Source: Eledone cirrhosa (taxonomy: Eukaryota). Taken from it: a stretch of DNA of 64,000 bases. Shown in pieces: positions 41,201 to 54,968 of this stretch. Every line of letters starts with the position of its first letter. Position 1 is the stretch's first letter. A program made the position numbers and the translations under genes. The notes beneath the pieces are model-generated. The model ran no database searches. It was not told the origin of the DNA and saw only the letters and a list, made by a program, of their open reading frames with translations. Location: the NCBI GenBank assembly GCA_964016885.1, contig OZ024745.1:33232001-33296000 (forward strand), written 5' to 3'.

Positions 41201-44200
41201 ATGAAATTGAAATGTATGTTTATTTTTGTTGTAGCACAAAGTAATGTTTGTTAATTTGTATGGTTGAAGTTAAACATAAAAAGGTTACAAAAGGAATGTG
41301 CCATTGTGTCAGGCCCAAAGCAGGCCGGCAGGCCAAAGTGCAAATCTCACCGTTACACATTGTACGTGTCGTTCCTTCGGAGTTCAAGCAGCAAGAGACA
41401 GATTCTTCAAATCCTTGCGGGGAATTTCTCCCTCAGGGCGCGTAGGAATACATTCTCTTCTGCTGGCACCGATTGGCTGAACTGAGCCAAATCACGCATA
41501 GAGAATGTATGTGAGCCCGCAGAATGTAGGTCACTACAGTATTTATTCAAGAACAGATACAGATTAAAGAGTATATTAATTGATTATAATGCTAATTTTG
41601 TTACCTTATAGTCAACAAAACACAAAATAGACTGACATCTTATCCCAGGGTGAAGTATCTTTCAATAGTTTATTTTCAGTTGGAAAAGAATTGACTACAG
41701 AGTTGTGAGACAGATGAAAATTAAGTCGAGAAAGTTACAGTGTAACAAAGGTAAATTTTAATGTATTTATATTATTATTATTCAAATATAGTTTGAGTGG
41801 GGAAATTGACAGCAGAATTGGTAGAGCACCAGACCTAATGGGGTTAACATATTTTCATCCTTTTGAAGTCAATAAAATACAAGGTGGCATATTGGCAGAG
41901 CAGTTAGAACATTGGATAGAATACTTTGTGGTATTCATTCTGGCTGTCATTGCTGAGTTCAAATCCCATTGAGGTCAACTTTACCTTTCATTGTTCCAAG
42001 GTCGATGAATAAATACCTGTCCAGTGTTAAGGATGTTGGACTTACGATCATACTGTCATGGGTTTGATTCCTGGACTGGGTTTTGTGTTGTGTTCTCAAG
42101 TAAAACACTTCATTTGATATTGCTCAAGTATACTCAGCTGAAAATGAATATCAGCAACAGCTGGGAGTTTAACCTTGCGATGGGCTGCGGCCTGTTCAAG
42201 TGGGAGTCTTGCTACTCTCAGTTGTTTAATTCCATGGAAACTGGGATAAACACCTGTCTGATGAGCCTCTTGGCTTGAAACAGACTTTAGACATTTTTTT
42301 TCTATATCTTTTTCTTATTTCTTCTTCTTCATTCTCTCTTTTTCTCAGGAAGAAATCAGCTGTGTTCAGACATGGAGAGGGGATGGGCTCTGCCATGTTT
42401 AAAATGCCCAAGACACACTGTATGTCATTACAGAGCCCCTATGACTTCTCCAGGAATTATGTTACAATACATACAAAATACAATACTAGGTCAAGTACTT
42501 TGATTGTTCCTATCACATGATGCCTAACAGCTGATTCTTTGGTTATCAATCTGTTGTCCTATCAACATTGCCATCTATGATCCTCAGCAATAATCTAGGA
42601 ATAACAATAATAAACCAGAAACTTACCTAAAGTTGACATGAAGGCATTTATTAATGAGGTCTTTCCAGACCCTCTGGGACCACTTAACAGGAAATGGAAA
42701 CCATTCTGTGTGAAATTATTTATGAAGTATTTTATAGGGATCTGAAAATAAAATATTTAATAGGATCCTTAAATATAAATTTTCAATTGGAAACAAAAAA
42801 TAAAATACTAACTCTTAATGTCCTGTACTACATGAAACTGCATTAGCAAAATATTCTTGAAAAGTACAAAATAGTACTATGATTGTAATATGTTAAACAG
42901 TCTTTACTTTAACACTGTAAACTTCTACAATGACCTATCCACTAATAAAGACACTAGAAACATTTGAATTAAGTAACCCTACTTTAAAACATTTTCTATG
43001 AAACCATTAGAAGATGCTAAGAGTTAAGCAGAGTTCTCAAAGTACAAAATTAAATAGGGAGTAAAAAATACAATATTAACCTTTCTAAGGAATAACACTA
43101 TTTTGAAAATATTTTGAATAATCAAATAATTTTGAAAATAATCAAGGATTTAGAAAGATTTAGAAATATAAACTAACTTTCTTATTAAGCTGGTGTTTGG
43201 AACATAACTTACTTAAGGTTTTTATATAAAATTAAGATGAAAGGTTTTTAGAAAAATATAAATACTTGAAAATAAACAGGGGCAGTATCAAATACTTTGG
43301 TAGCAAGAGGATTAAATAGAGACCAAAAAGTACAATAACATATATATATATATAGTGTAGGTGAATCGTTCTTTGTTATATATATATAATTAAGAATGGT
43401 TTCTTGAAGCGAATCAGGAAGAAACTACAGTTAAATAAGGTACTCATTGCATTAGTAGAGAAGATAAATAATTATTTCATATAGAAATGACTTCTACAGG
43501 ACTATAACTGTTTCATTTGTTTGAAATCATCAGGAATATTCCTAATGATTTCAAACGAACAACAGTTCTAGTCTTGTAGAAGTCATTTCTATATGAAATA
43601 ATTATTTATCTTCTCTACTAATGCAATGAGTATCTTATTTAACTGTGGTTTCTTCCTGATTCGCTTCAAAAAACCATTCTTATATATATATATATATATA
43701 TGACGATGATGATGATGAGGACAACTTACTGTTCTTAGTGTGTATACATATTCTCTGTTGAAGTTATCTTGTATAACCGGAGACTCTTCAAGTGATCTAG
43801 AAAAATTAATCGTCTTGAATTTATCAAATGCATTGTGAAGTTCAGAGTGGAAGGATGAAAGGCAAAGTCAACATGGGTGGGATTTGAACTCAGAACATGA
43901 TTTATTTAGTCCAATGCTCTACCAATTCTCATCAATCACTCATCAATATTTATCCCTTTAGCGTTTACATTACTCTATATTTACTATTATATTTTCACAG
44001 TAAAAGCTTTACCTCACACAATTATCTCACATAATATCAAATCTATGAGATTTTGATATTATTTATTTTGAGAACAATACCTTAACATTAGTATGAGCAG
44101 TTGGTTGCAGCCGGTTTGAACAGAAAAGAGAATTCTGGCCAGATATGGCTGGTTTAAATGCTAATGGATTATATCTTAATATCATCCTCATCATATCATT

Positions 44201-47200
44201 TAACATCCATTTTCCATTCTATTGACCTCTAACACATGTTCCTGCACTCTACAGAGTACACCGGGTGCATTTTATCATGGCACCAGCACTATTTATATAT
44301 TTATAAGATAGTCAAAGGAGGAAGACATTATCTTTAACCATTACAGGACCTTCCAGACTGGTGAGAATGATGCCTTGCTTGAACATCCAGGAAAAACTTG
44401 TAACAGAGAGGGAACTGTAGGAATGATCCAAATCCTATAAAATGGAATGAACTTTGCTAAAGGGCGCCCATAGAACCAAGTGGTGATGAAGATGATGGTG
44501 GAGGTGGTGGTAGTAGTGTTGTTAAATGACACAGAAAGAAACCAGGACTTTTTCCCAAACTTACTTTATGTTCCAGTTCTCCCATTCTCCTGATTCATCA
44601 ACAAAAAAGTCAAACAAATAAACATCATTTTCATCTTCAGGACATCTAAAATATAGAATTATTTCTGAAGTAAGTTTTTGAAATAAAAGGAAGAAATTAG
44701 TATTTAAAATTAAAACATTTTCATCATTGCTATATATATCATATATCAAGCCTTTTGGTGCTAAGGGGCTTTTGGGGTTTATGCCCCTCCAATGTGGAAA
44801 CTTGTTGAATGATCTTAAAGTTTTGTTAGTTAAAAAATTATGTATTACTATTCAAATAAGTAACAAGTACAAATAAACACAATAAAAAGCAAGCTTTTGT
44901 TATACCATCAAAGATATCAATAGCTGTGAATGTTATGTCTATCATTATCAAAACACACAATGTATTTTTAAAAAGCAAAAAACAAATACTTATAATTTAT
45001 TTCAATATACTTGTGCTCTGGTTTTTACTACATTGATTTCCTATTGGCTCTCTGTTAGTACGATGATGTTTTTAATTTCTTTCTTAGTCTTGTATTGGGG
45101 ATAAAAGGCGCGAGCTAATAATAATAATACACATGCACAATATATGTGTATTATACACTAAAGGGGAAAGTTGATTACATCAATCCCAGTTCTTTACTGG
45201 TACTTAATTTTATCAACCCAGGAAGTATGAAATGTAAAATTGCCTTCAGTGTGTTTTGAAGTCAGAATTTAAAAGGTCATAACTAGATTCCACAAAGCAA
45301 CCTGTTCAATGCTTTAATTATTCTGCCAATCCACTGTCCTAAACATCACCTTAAGAATGAGAAAGTTGGTTATATTACTAAATCTCACGGAATTATCCAT
45401 TTTCGAAATGATTTGAAAATTAAAGGCAGTGTTTTTCATTAGAAATATGGTAATAAAATAATTAAATAATACTAGAGTTCTTTTTTTTCAAGTTTATACT
45501 TACAGATTGGTTCTTAATTTCAGAATGAATTCATTGAAGTGGAGTCTATCATTGCTGGAGAGATGGCCACCAAAAGACCACAACAGGCTGAATATAAAGA
45601 GCTTCTTAATATGACTATCATTAGAAATTGTGTGGCAGTTGGACAGTAGAACTGTTAGTATCTGAAGAGATGTAATAATCATACCAACTTCCGTAAAATG
45701 GACCGAGTCCCTGGCAAATACAAGAAGTGATTTAAAATGTTGTCATTAACTTTAAAGACAGTTCAAATTGATTGTAGTATTTGAAAAGATAAACATGCAA
45801 ATATATGTAAGGAGAAAAAAACGTTATTTAGTTTCAATGATGTATTTGTATAAATTAGATTTATATTTTTAACTGTTGGTCAATCAATGATAAATGTTGA
45901 TTGCCAGCTAAATTATTTATAAAAATATACTGAACCGAAAACCAAACCAAACAGTGAGTGTGTTTTACTAGTTTTTGGCAATATGAGGACATGACCTTCT
46001 CCAAATATAACAATAGTTATTTAATTTATATTTGCAATGTGTATGCAAATATATATGGAATGTGTATGCAAATATATATGGATCTGTCGATCAATTGGTT
46101 ATTGATTAGGCGAAACCTGCTGATGAAGCCACATGCGCCAATTGTGCACTGTAGCATAATAAATGCAGACTGTGGATGCTGTGCACTCTCTTGCTGCATT
46201 AGGTGTGGCCAAAACTCGAGTACAAGTATAGATTTATGGTACCCATTTACGTGTGTTGTATTGAAGTAAATAACCTTACCTATTGAGGATGCTGAGATGC
46301 AACCGGTACTAGCAGTGAAACTTATGCTAGTCCCTTCAACTTATATATATTGATGAGAATACAATAATGTTAGAAATGTATAGGAATAATTTCTCATGTT
46401 TTACTCTGTGATGGAAATTGAAATTATTTCCACTTCACACTTCATTCCATAGGCTTAAAACTATCTTTGGTTATGTAATATTACATAACTATACAGTCCA
46501 CCTCCTTAGGTCACAGCCTCATTAGATGTACCAAAACATTGACTGTTAAAAACACTGTGTGTGTGTGTGTGTGTGTAATTAAAAAAATATATACAAGTAT
46601 CTCACTTTATTTCTGTCTTGAAGAATTGAATGACAGAATCCATACTGGTTTGGTAACATTGCATTAGAATCTGACAATAGAAGAAACATTATTTACTCTC
46701 TTGCATTAAGGAAAACAAGACCAGATTATATGAAATGCAATCTTTATTGTGGTGAACTGGAAGTGATGTCAAATGTAATTTAGTAACGTTATGGACCTAA
46801 GTCTTTAACTCTTTAGCATTTACATTACTCTATATTTACTATTGTATTTTCACAGTAAACACTTCATCTCTATGCTCTATGAGATTTTGATATTTATTTT
46901 GAGAACAATACTTTAACATAAGTATGAGTAGCTGGTTACGGCTGCTTTGAACAGAAAGAGGTGAGAGAATTCTGGCTGGATATGGCCGGTAAATGCTAAA
47001 GAATTAAAGTTAGTAGAGTTATCAGCTTGATTCAGAAGTTTCTGGAAACAGAAGAATAATCAGAGACTTTACCTTTGAATTGTAATTTCTAAATTTCTAA
47101 TACTATTTCATATTTTATTTAGCCAGAGAGTCAGTCAAGTATACCAACCCAGTCACACTTACCTCTGCAATATCATAGCCATTCTTGGATGAATTAATCT

Positions 47201-50200
47201 AGACAAAAACAAAACAGAAAACAAACAAAAAATATGATATCAGTAACATTGATATACATAATATCTGGTGTAGACATACTGGAGCTTGATATCAAAGGAC
47301 CCTTATTTATATATAAAGGACCCTTATTTTTATATAAAGGACCATTTTTATATAAAGGACCATTTATATATAAAGGACCCTTAACTTCTGATGGAGCTGT
47401 AGTTGAGCTGTCCTGATTTGAGAGAGATGTGAAGAGAGGGGGCAAGAGAAAGGGGGGAGAGAGAGGGAGAGGTAACACCAACCTCAGTACTGAATTGATA
47501 TTTTATTTATTGATGTCAAAAGGATGAAAAGCAAAGTTGACCTCAGTAGGATTTGAATTAGGAGTGCAGTGAGCAGGAACAAATACTGAGGCATTGTGTT
47601 GGTGACAGGAAAAGCACCCAGTCAACCCTGTAAAGTAGCTATGCTGGTGACATGATGAAAAAGCACCCTTGAACATCTAACAGCCCACCCTGTTAGATGG
47701 TTGTTTTCGTGCCACAATAAAAAGCACCCAATCCTCACTGTAACATGGTTGGCATTAGGAAAGGCATCTAACTGTAGAAACCAAACCAAAATACAGATCT
47801 GTATGTGGAAGACATGGTTACCAGACTTCAATTGTCTCCTAATGTGAAAACCTTTTGAACCCATGCAAGTGTGGATGATGATGATAATGTCAGTTTGCTG
47901 TTTTACCAGTCATACTAGGTTAAATTTAAAACAACCATACCTCTCCCCAAACAAAATGTGTCCTAGTGCCACTGCTGCTGCTGCCTTATAAGTAGGTTGG
48001 GATATTTGCCCATTTCTCCGACATAAAATGGGGGGGTGGAGACATATTTGGATTATCTTATATTTATACATATATGGTACATACTTGAAGACCTTTATAT
48101 TTCTTTGCTTTGATCCACGATTTGGTCAACACTTCCCATGTAACAAGACCATCAAAATAAACCATACCCTGAAAAATAATTCATACAAATATTGGTTTCA
48201 GTTATAGGTACAGAGCCTAAAATGTTGGCAGAGTGAACAGTACTTAACTTGGTATTTTATTGACTATAGCAGGATGAATGGTAAAATCTTGGCAGGATTC
48301 TATCACAGAATGTAATGAAATGGAACTAAATATTACAGAGCATTGTTTGATAATTTACTGATTCTGTCAGAAATATTGCAATATTCAGAGATGACTAGAG
48401 TTTGCAATGGTAAGAAATGGTTTAAGAATCCTTCTTGTGACTTAGATAAAGATAGGTTGTATATTAGAGATAATATATAATCTAGAACATTCTCTACCAA
48501 TGTTTCTCAAAGTGGATTCCATTAAAAAATACTGAAGTTTTAATAAAATTTAATAAAAAATTATTACATAAAAAAAAAAAAATTCTCTCTCTAGTAATAT
48601 TTTTGTACCATATAATGTCTTATTAAAATTAGAATGGTGGGGATTGTTTGCAATATATGGTTATGGATTCTGTAATTTGGGGAAAATCATATAAGGGTTT
48701 TATGACAAAATATGTATGGGGACCACTGTTCTATACTGTGATATAAACCATACCAATTTAGCTATGGTTGTTGGTGATGCTGAGTCTATAGAATCTGTTT
48801 CTATAAAGGTCTTCACGTTGCCATTCATTGCAATTCTGTCTCCATTCTTCAATTGGATCTGGGGAGAAAAACAGACAAAATTTGTTTCAAAATTTAATTT
48901 ACATAAAAAAATACATGTCAATAACGATATTTTAAACTGATTTAGTTTAAAGTCACCCATAGACTTTACAGGTTGTGGGTCTGATTCTAGGACATGTCAA
49001 TGCATTGTGTTCTTGAGCAAGATGCTTCATTTCACATTGATTTTCACAATAGAACCATGGCTCCTACAATTAAAACATCCAAGATATGAGATGCAACTTC
49101 GTAGGAAGCCAGATAAACCTATGTAAGTGTGAGCTGTAACAACAATAACATAGCCTTTAAAGGCTTTCCTATAACACAAGGAAACCTTTATATAATCACT
49201 TGGTCTGCTAAAAAGAGAAGCCAAATCATGCCTTAAAGAAAGGAAACATTAGAAATTGTAGCCCTAGATACACTATGAAAAAAAGAAAAAAAAAAGCCAG
49301 ATGGTTTGAACTAAGTATCTAAAGAGTTAGAATAAATATTACAAGGAATTTTATCTAATGCCCTAATGCCAAATTACGACATTAGAAAACTATAATTCAA
49401 CATGAGACAAGCTATTACTGATTGTGTATGTTGGACCTCTAACAGTTCTGACAATGAGGGTTCTGGTTGTTTGAACAATGGAACAGACTTCTTGAGAAAT
49501 TAATGTACATATGGCTGAGTATTCCACTGACACACAGCATTATTGTAGTTCTGATGGAGATTCAACAGGCCCTATGAGAAGGGGTTCAGCTGATACTTTG
49601 TTCCGGGGCCCAAGAGCTAAGAAGGCCCCACAGCAACCATGCAACATTAATTTTGAGAAAAATCTTTGCCTACATTGGGCCCCAAAGGGGTCTTGTACTT
49701 CCTTGCAAAACTTCTCTTGTAGGCCCTGAGATTCAGCATGTGAATGAGTGGCATAGTTGGCTAACCCTTTGAATTACATGCCGGTACAACTCACATTTTT
49801 GCCAGCTGAGTAGATTGGAGCAACGTGAAATAAAATATTTTGCTCAAGGGCACAACACGCTCACAGGAATCAAACTCACAATCTCACAATTGCAAGTTGA
49901 ACACTTTAACCACTAAGCCAGATGGCTTCACAAAAAAGTGGACAGACATCTACAGGGATATGAATCATACATCTCTCATATGCTGCATAAGCACATTTAA
50001 CTATTATGACAAAAGGACTCTGGCTATCATTGGTTGTATTATTGTTAAGTTACCTGTTTGTTGCTGAACATACTGGTCAACTGGTCAAGCCAGGTCTCAT
50101 TTAAAGGTGAATCTATTAGAAACCAGGTTTTGAGGTTGTTCTGAAATTGAAAATACAAAAGTTCAGTAAAAATTGATTTACCAAATGACTGACTTAAACT

Positions 50201-52990
50201 TATGTTGTTATCAACATGAATTACACAACACTGGGAGTTCTGACACATTCAGTAGGTTGGAAAAATTATAAAACGATCAAGAAAGCTTTCCACTGATCCA
50301 TTATGTGAGGTTGAGTCTTCAATGATGTCTCAATAACCCAATGGGTTACAGGATATTTTCATATTTCATTTTGCTAAGTAAACTTCCTGTAAACTCCAGA
50401 CATGTTATACATATGATCACCACTGTTACACAACGCAAACACTAAAACATGATCATTAATGTTTACACCAAGGGTGGTGGATTGGCAGTATCGGTAGAGG
50501 ATTGGATGCCATGCTTTGCAGTATAGAGTTACGGCTCTTTATGATCTGAATTCAAATCCCGCCGAGGTTAACTTTGCTTTTCATCCTTATGGGGTCGATA
50601 AAATAAAGTACCAGTAATGTATTGGGTAATTGCTGGCCTTGTGCCAAAAGTAGAAACCATTATTGTTTACACCTCTCATAAATATGTGACCAGCAGTGTT
50701 ACACTATATTCATGCATGAACACGAATGTTACACCCCACACACCTGTGACCAGTGGTGTTATACTATTCTCAAACAATCACTAATGTTACACTCCCTAAC
50801 ACATCTGTGATTAATAGTGTTACATTTACACACACACACACACGAGAGTTAAGAATGGTTGTCCACAAATACAACAGAGTTCCAATCACAAGATATCAAC
50901 CACTGACCTCTAAGCTGGCATAACCATAACTAATATCACTGTTTGTGTCCTAAATATATATAATATAAACAAATAGGAAGAAATAAACTGAATATTCTCT
51001 GTTGGATGTGAAATGTTTGTATGAACGACAAAGTACAGATGTATTGACAGAAAAACTAGATTTAAGAGGAATTAGATGTAATATGCAAGAGAAATGGCTG
51101 TGTTTGTAAGGACATGTAATGCATATGGATGATGACAATTGAGTAAAAAAATGGCAGGAGATCCAAGCAGAAAAAAAGAAAGTTGTGAAAGAGAAAGAAC
51201 AAAGAAAACATGTGCAGAGATGGTGGAAGCTGGTATCAGGATGATGAACCTGTGAAAGAGATAACACACATACACAAGCAATCGTCATCCATGCACATCA
51301 CATGTCTGTACCAATGCAGTCTTCTCTCTTGTACACCACTTCAAAAATATATGTATTCAATCCTACCTTGTTTGCTTTCTTGAATGAAGACATAAAAAAT
51401 CCATCAATGAATTGTGAGTTGGAATCCATCCAACCAAATATTGGTTCCAAACTTTCAAATGACATTGGGTTGATTCTGATAAGTTTACAATTGTTAGGAT
51501 CTGATGATTTCATACCATAATTGGACATAGTTCTCATGTGCTGACTTTCATTGAATGCTTCTGCCAAAGTTTGAAGACATGTCGTCTTACCACTACCAGA
51601 AGGACCAACTACTAAAATACCTGTATAAAAATGGAATCTATATGAGAAACAGGTATGTCAATTCAAATCTTTATAGTATCTTTACTAGTGGACAGATCAT
51701 TGTAAACATTTGCAGCATTATAGTAAAGCCTTTAATATTTAATATGATGAGTTTTATTTTGAAATGTTGAAGCATGTTATTTTAATGTTGTACAGGGTGT
51801 TAAGAGTTAATCTGGTCATATATTTTGGTGTGTTGTATTTGTGAGGTTCCTAGCAATAATTATTGTATTTGTTACATGTGCTTATATTTCCATTCTAAAA
51901 GAATTGTGAACAATTTATAATGTTATTTAATTATATATTTAAAACAAATAAAATAATCATATCTGCAATTAAATAAGACGCTAGTATGTATAAATTACCG
52001 TCAAAATGCTTGGAGAGAGAGTTTAACTGCAAACATTTTGCAACCCATTCTTCAGTTACAGTCAAATTCTTTTGTTTTGCTTTATCAGAGATAATGGTTT
52101 CCAAATCCAAGGATTTTACAGATTTGTTTGGTATAGATGAAGTTCCATAAATGCATGTACTCACTAGATATTGGAATTGAACTAATACCTGGAAATAATC
52201 AATGTGGTTTGTAGACTTTAACTTATGTAGTTCTAGTATGAATGGAAAGGAACATAAAATTCAAAGTTAAAAAATTTCTCTTTAGATTAAACACAGTTCT
52301 TGATGTACAAAGACTATATTTAGAATACACACAAGCTAACCTATAGCTGTCACTCAGAATCACATAAATATTTGCTCTACAGGTTTATATATACTTATAT
52401 AACCTGTATCGAGTTCTCTCTGGATTTGGGTCTTTGTATTTGCCACCTCATAAACCTAAAATGAGGTTCAAAACTGTGTGAAAACATCTCTGATGAAAGC
52501 TGGTATCACTAATGGAGACTGGAAACAAGATGCCAATTATTGAACTCTCTGGAGCATTATATGAAGGAAAAGTACACTTTGAAATAGCTTGATGAAATTA
52601 TGAAAGGTTCAAAAGGGATGTGAGGAAGGGCTTGAAAGTGGAATTGCCAGGAAGCATGGAAGACCAAGGAGAGCTGACATGCAATGAGTGTGGGAGAGAC
52701 TGGCTCGGTAAAGCTGGATTAAAGAGTCACAAAATGAGACATATAAAAAGAGCTGATGCAGATTACGTTGGTGTGTATGATATAACAATCTGCCACTAAT
52801 GTGGTACTGTCTGCCAATAAGCAGGAGGCCTGAAGTGACACATGAAAGTATATGGCAACCAGCCATCGATTCTTGTTACCAAAAGCCATGTTTGTAACAT
52901 CTGTGCCAGAGAATGTAGGACTCTTGCAGGCCTAAAAAGTTACATCTCTGCTACACATACTCAGAAGTGATTTGAAAATTTAAGCAATGG

Positions 52991-53054
<64 letters not shown>

Positions 53055-54240
53055 TATCATCGCTTAATGTTCATTTTTCGATGCTGGCATGAGTAAGACG
53101 AGTTATCTTGTTGTAAGCAATGTCAGGTCAGGTGACCATGTCCAGCTTATACAGAACCGATTTTGGTTTGGTTTCTACAGCTAGATATATATTAGAATGT
53201 ATGTTTAAAATACCATAGCATAGTATTTAAAACATTTAGACATAAGCTAATTAGGCACTCAAAATGTGTGTGTATATAACTAACAGGTTCATAGGAGCAA
53301 AGGTTATTGTACCAATAGAAAACAAATGCCAAAGAGAGGACACAGCTTAGACTATTGTTGAAAGTATACAAGTTGATACTAACATTATTGTCTAATGCTG
53401 GACATAATATCTCCTCAATAGACTGTACTAATGAAGACATATCTATATCTTTAACAGGATTTTCTGAAGATTCTTTCATTGTTGAACTGATCTGAGACTG
53501 TCTTGAAGTGGTGCTGGGTGTTGCTGAAATAGATAAGACAACAACTTGATAATTAGGACTTTAGATTGCTTTAACCCTTTTGTCACTGTATTCCTAATGA
53601 AATACACTCATTTCAATTAATTAATGAAGAATTTTGAGGGATTTACTAAAAATATTAATTATTTTATTATTAAGATAGTAATTTAAACATATGGTGCTTA
53701 TATAAAAATTATGTTGGAAAATTTTAATTTAATTTGATAGAACCAAAGCCAGTGTTGGCGAGGTTAGAACCAAAAGGGTGTTGATAATATATATTGTGGA
53801 AGAGTCATTTTAGTTATTAAAAACATATTTAAACTGCTAAGTTCACTGAGTTGCAGTTAAACCGTGTGAGTGACCATGTTTTTGAATTGTCAGAATGATT
53901 CTTCCACAGTGTAATTGATTTAGTTTCAACACAGTCTTGGATCAAGTAACTTGCCAGACAAATACAACTTACTGTTGGAGGGAAAGGGACTGGTGAGAAG
54001 AAGGGAAGAACTTACTCCTAAACTAGAGACCTGTTGAATGGGTGTTCAACCGAGGGATGGATTAAGTTTACCACTCAGTTTGGATCGTAGGGTATGTATA
54101 GCTTTTTATAGATCTGACAGGGTTAACTGTTGGGTTACTGCACTTTGGTGGGTGTTGTTTTGCAACTACTTATTTGGCATCAAGGTGATTTATTCACAGG
54201 CTATACTCAATATCTAGAGCTAATTCCACTATTAGACATC

Positions 54241-54327
<87 letters not shown>

Positions 54328-54931
54328 TATACATAATGGAGTGGTCTGGTAGGGTTTTCCTACTGAATTGATGAAAGGTTAGTGGAGCCCATATGAAGAT
54401 AAACTTGTTAAGAGGTTCTTTCATCATTTGAATTTATAGACTTAGTGGATGCCAACCAAGGGCAACAAAATTGCTTTTAGTATAAATATAAAGTAAAGTA
54501 GACATGAGATTCTTGCCTTTGTCAGTTGCTGTCGATACCTGGCTTTCTGGACGAACTGTATCAGGTTTCTCTCCAGATTTGTCTTCTAGGGCTTTTCTAA
54601 TCTGATGAGCTCGTCTAATGGTGGCTATCATTGATGACAGACTAAACTTGGGTATCTGACATTCTGACTTGCTATGAAAAGATAAGTGAAGACTTGGCTT
54701 TTAAATAACTATGGATAAATTATTATGAAATACTATAAGCAAACAATTGTCAACATGACTAACAATATACAAAGCTCAATTTTCAGTTTTTAAGTACTGA
54801 GAATATATATACAGTGAAACCTCAGAGTGAAATCTTGTTTTGTTCTTTTTAATATATAGACTCTGCTATAGCATAAAGTGCTAATATTAGTAACTTCCAC
54901 AGTAAACTACAAATTTGCTGAATCCCCTAAT

Positions 54932-54968
<37 letters not shown>

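Noticed and set aside
52489-52535. CTGATGA...GAAAC motif
   Set aside because: It lies in decayed LINE coding sequence and lacks helix III and a cleavage triplet.
53970-54200. Hidden exon between exons 7 and 8
   Set aside because: No acceptor/donor pair gave a clearly open, phase-compatible, dynein-like frame; not fully excluded.
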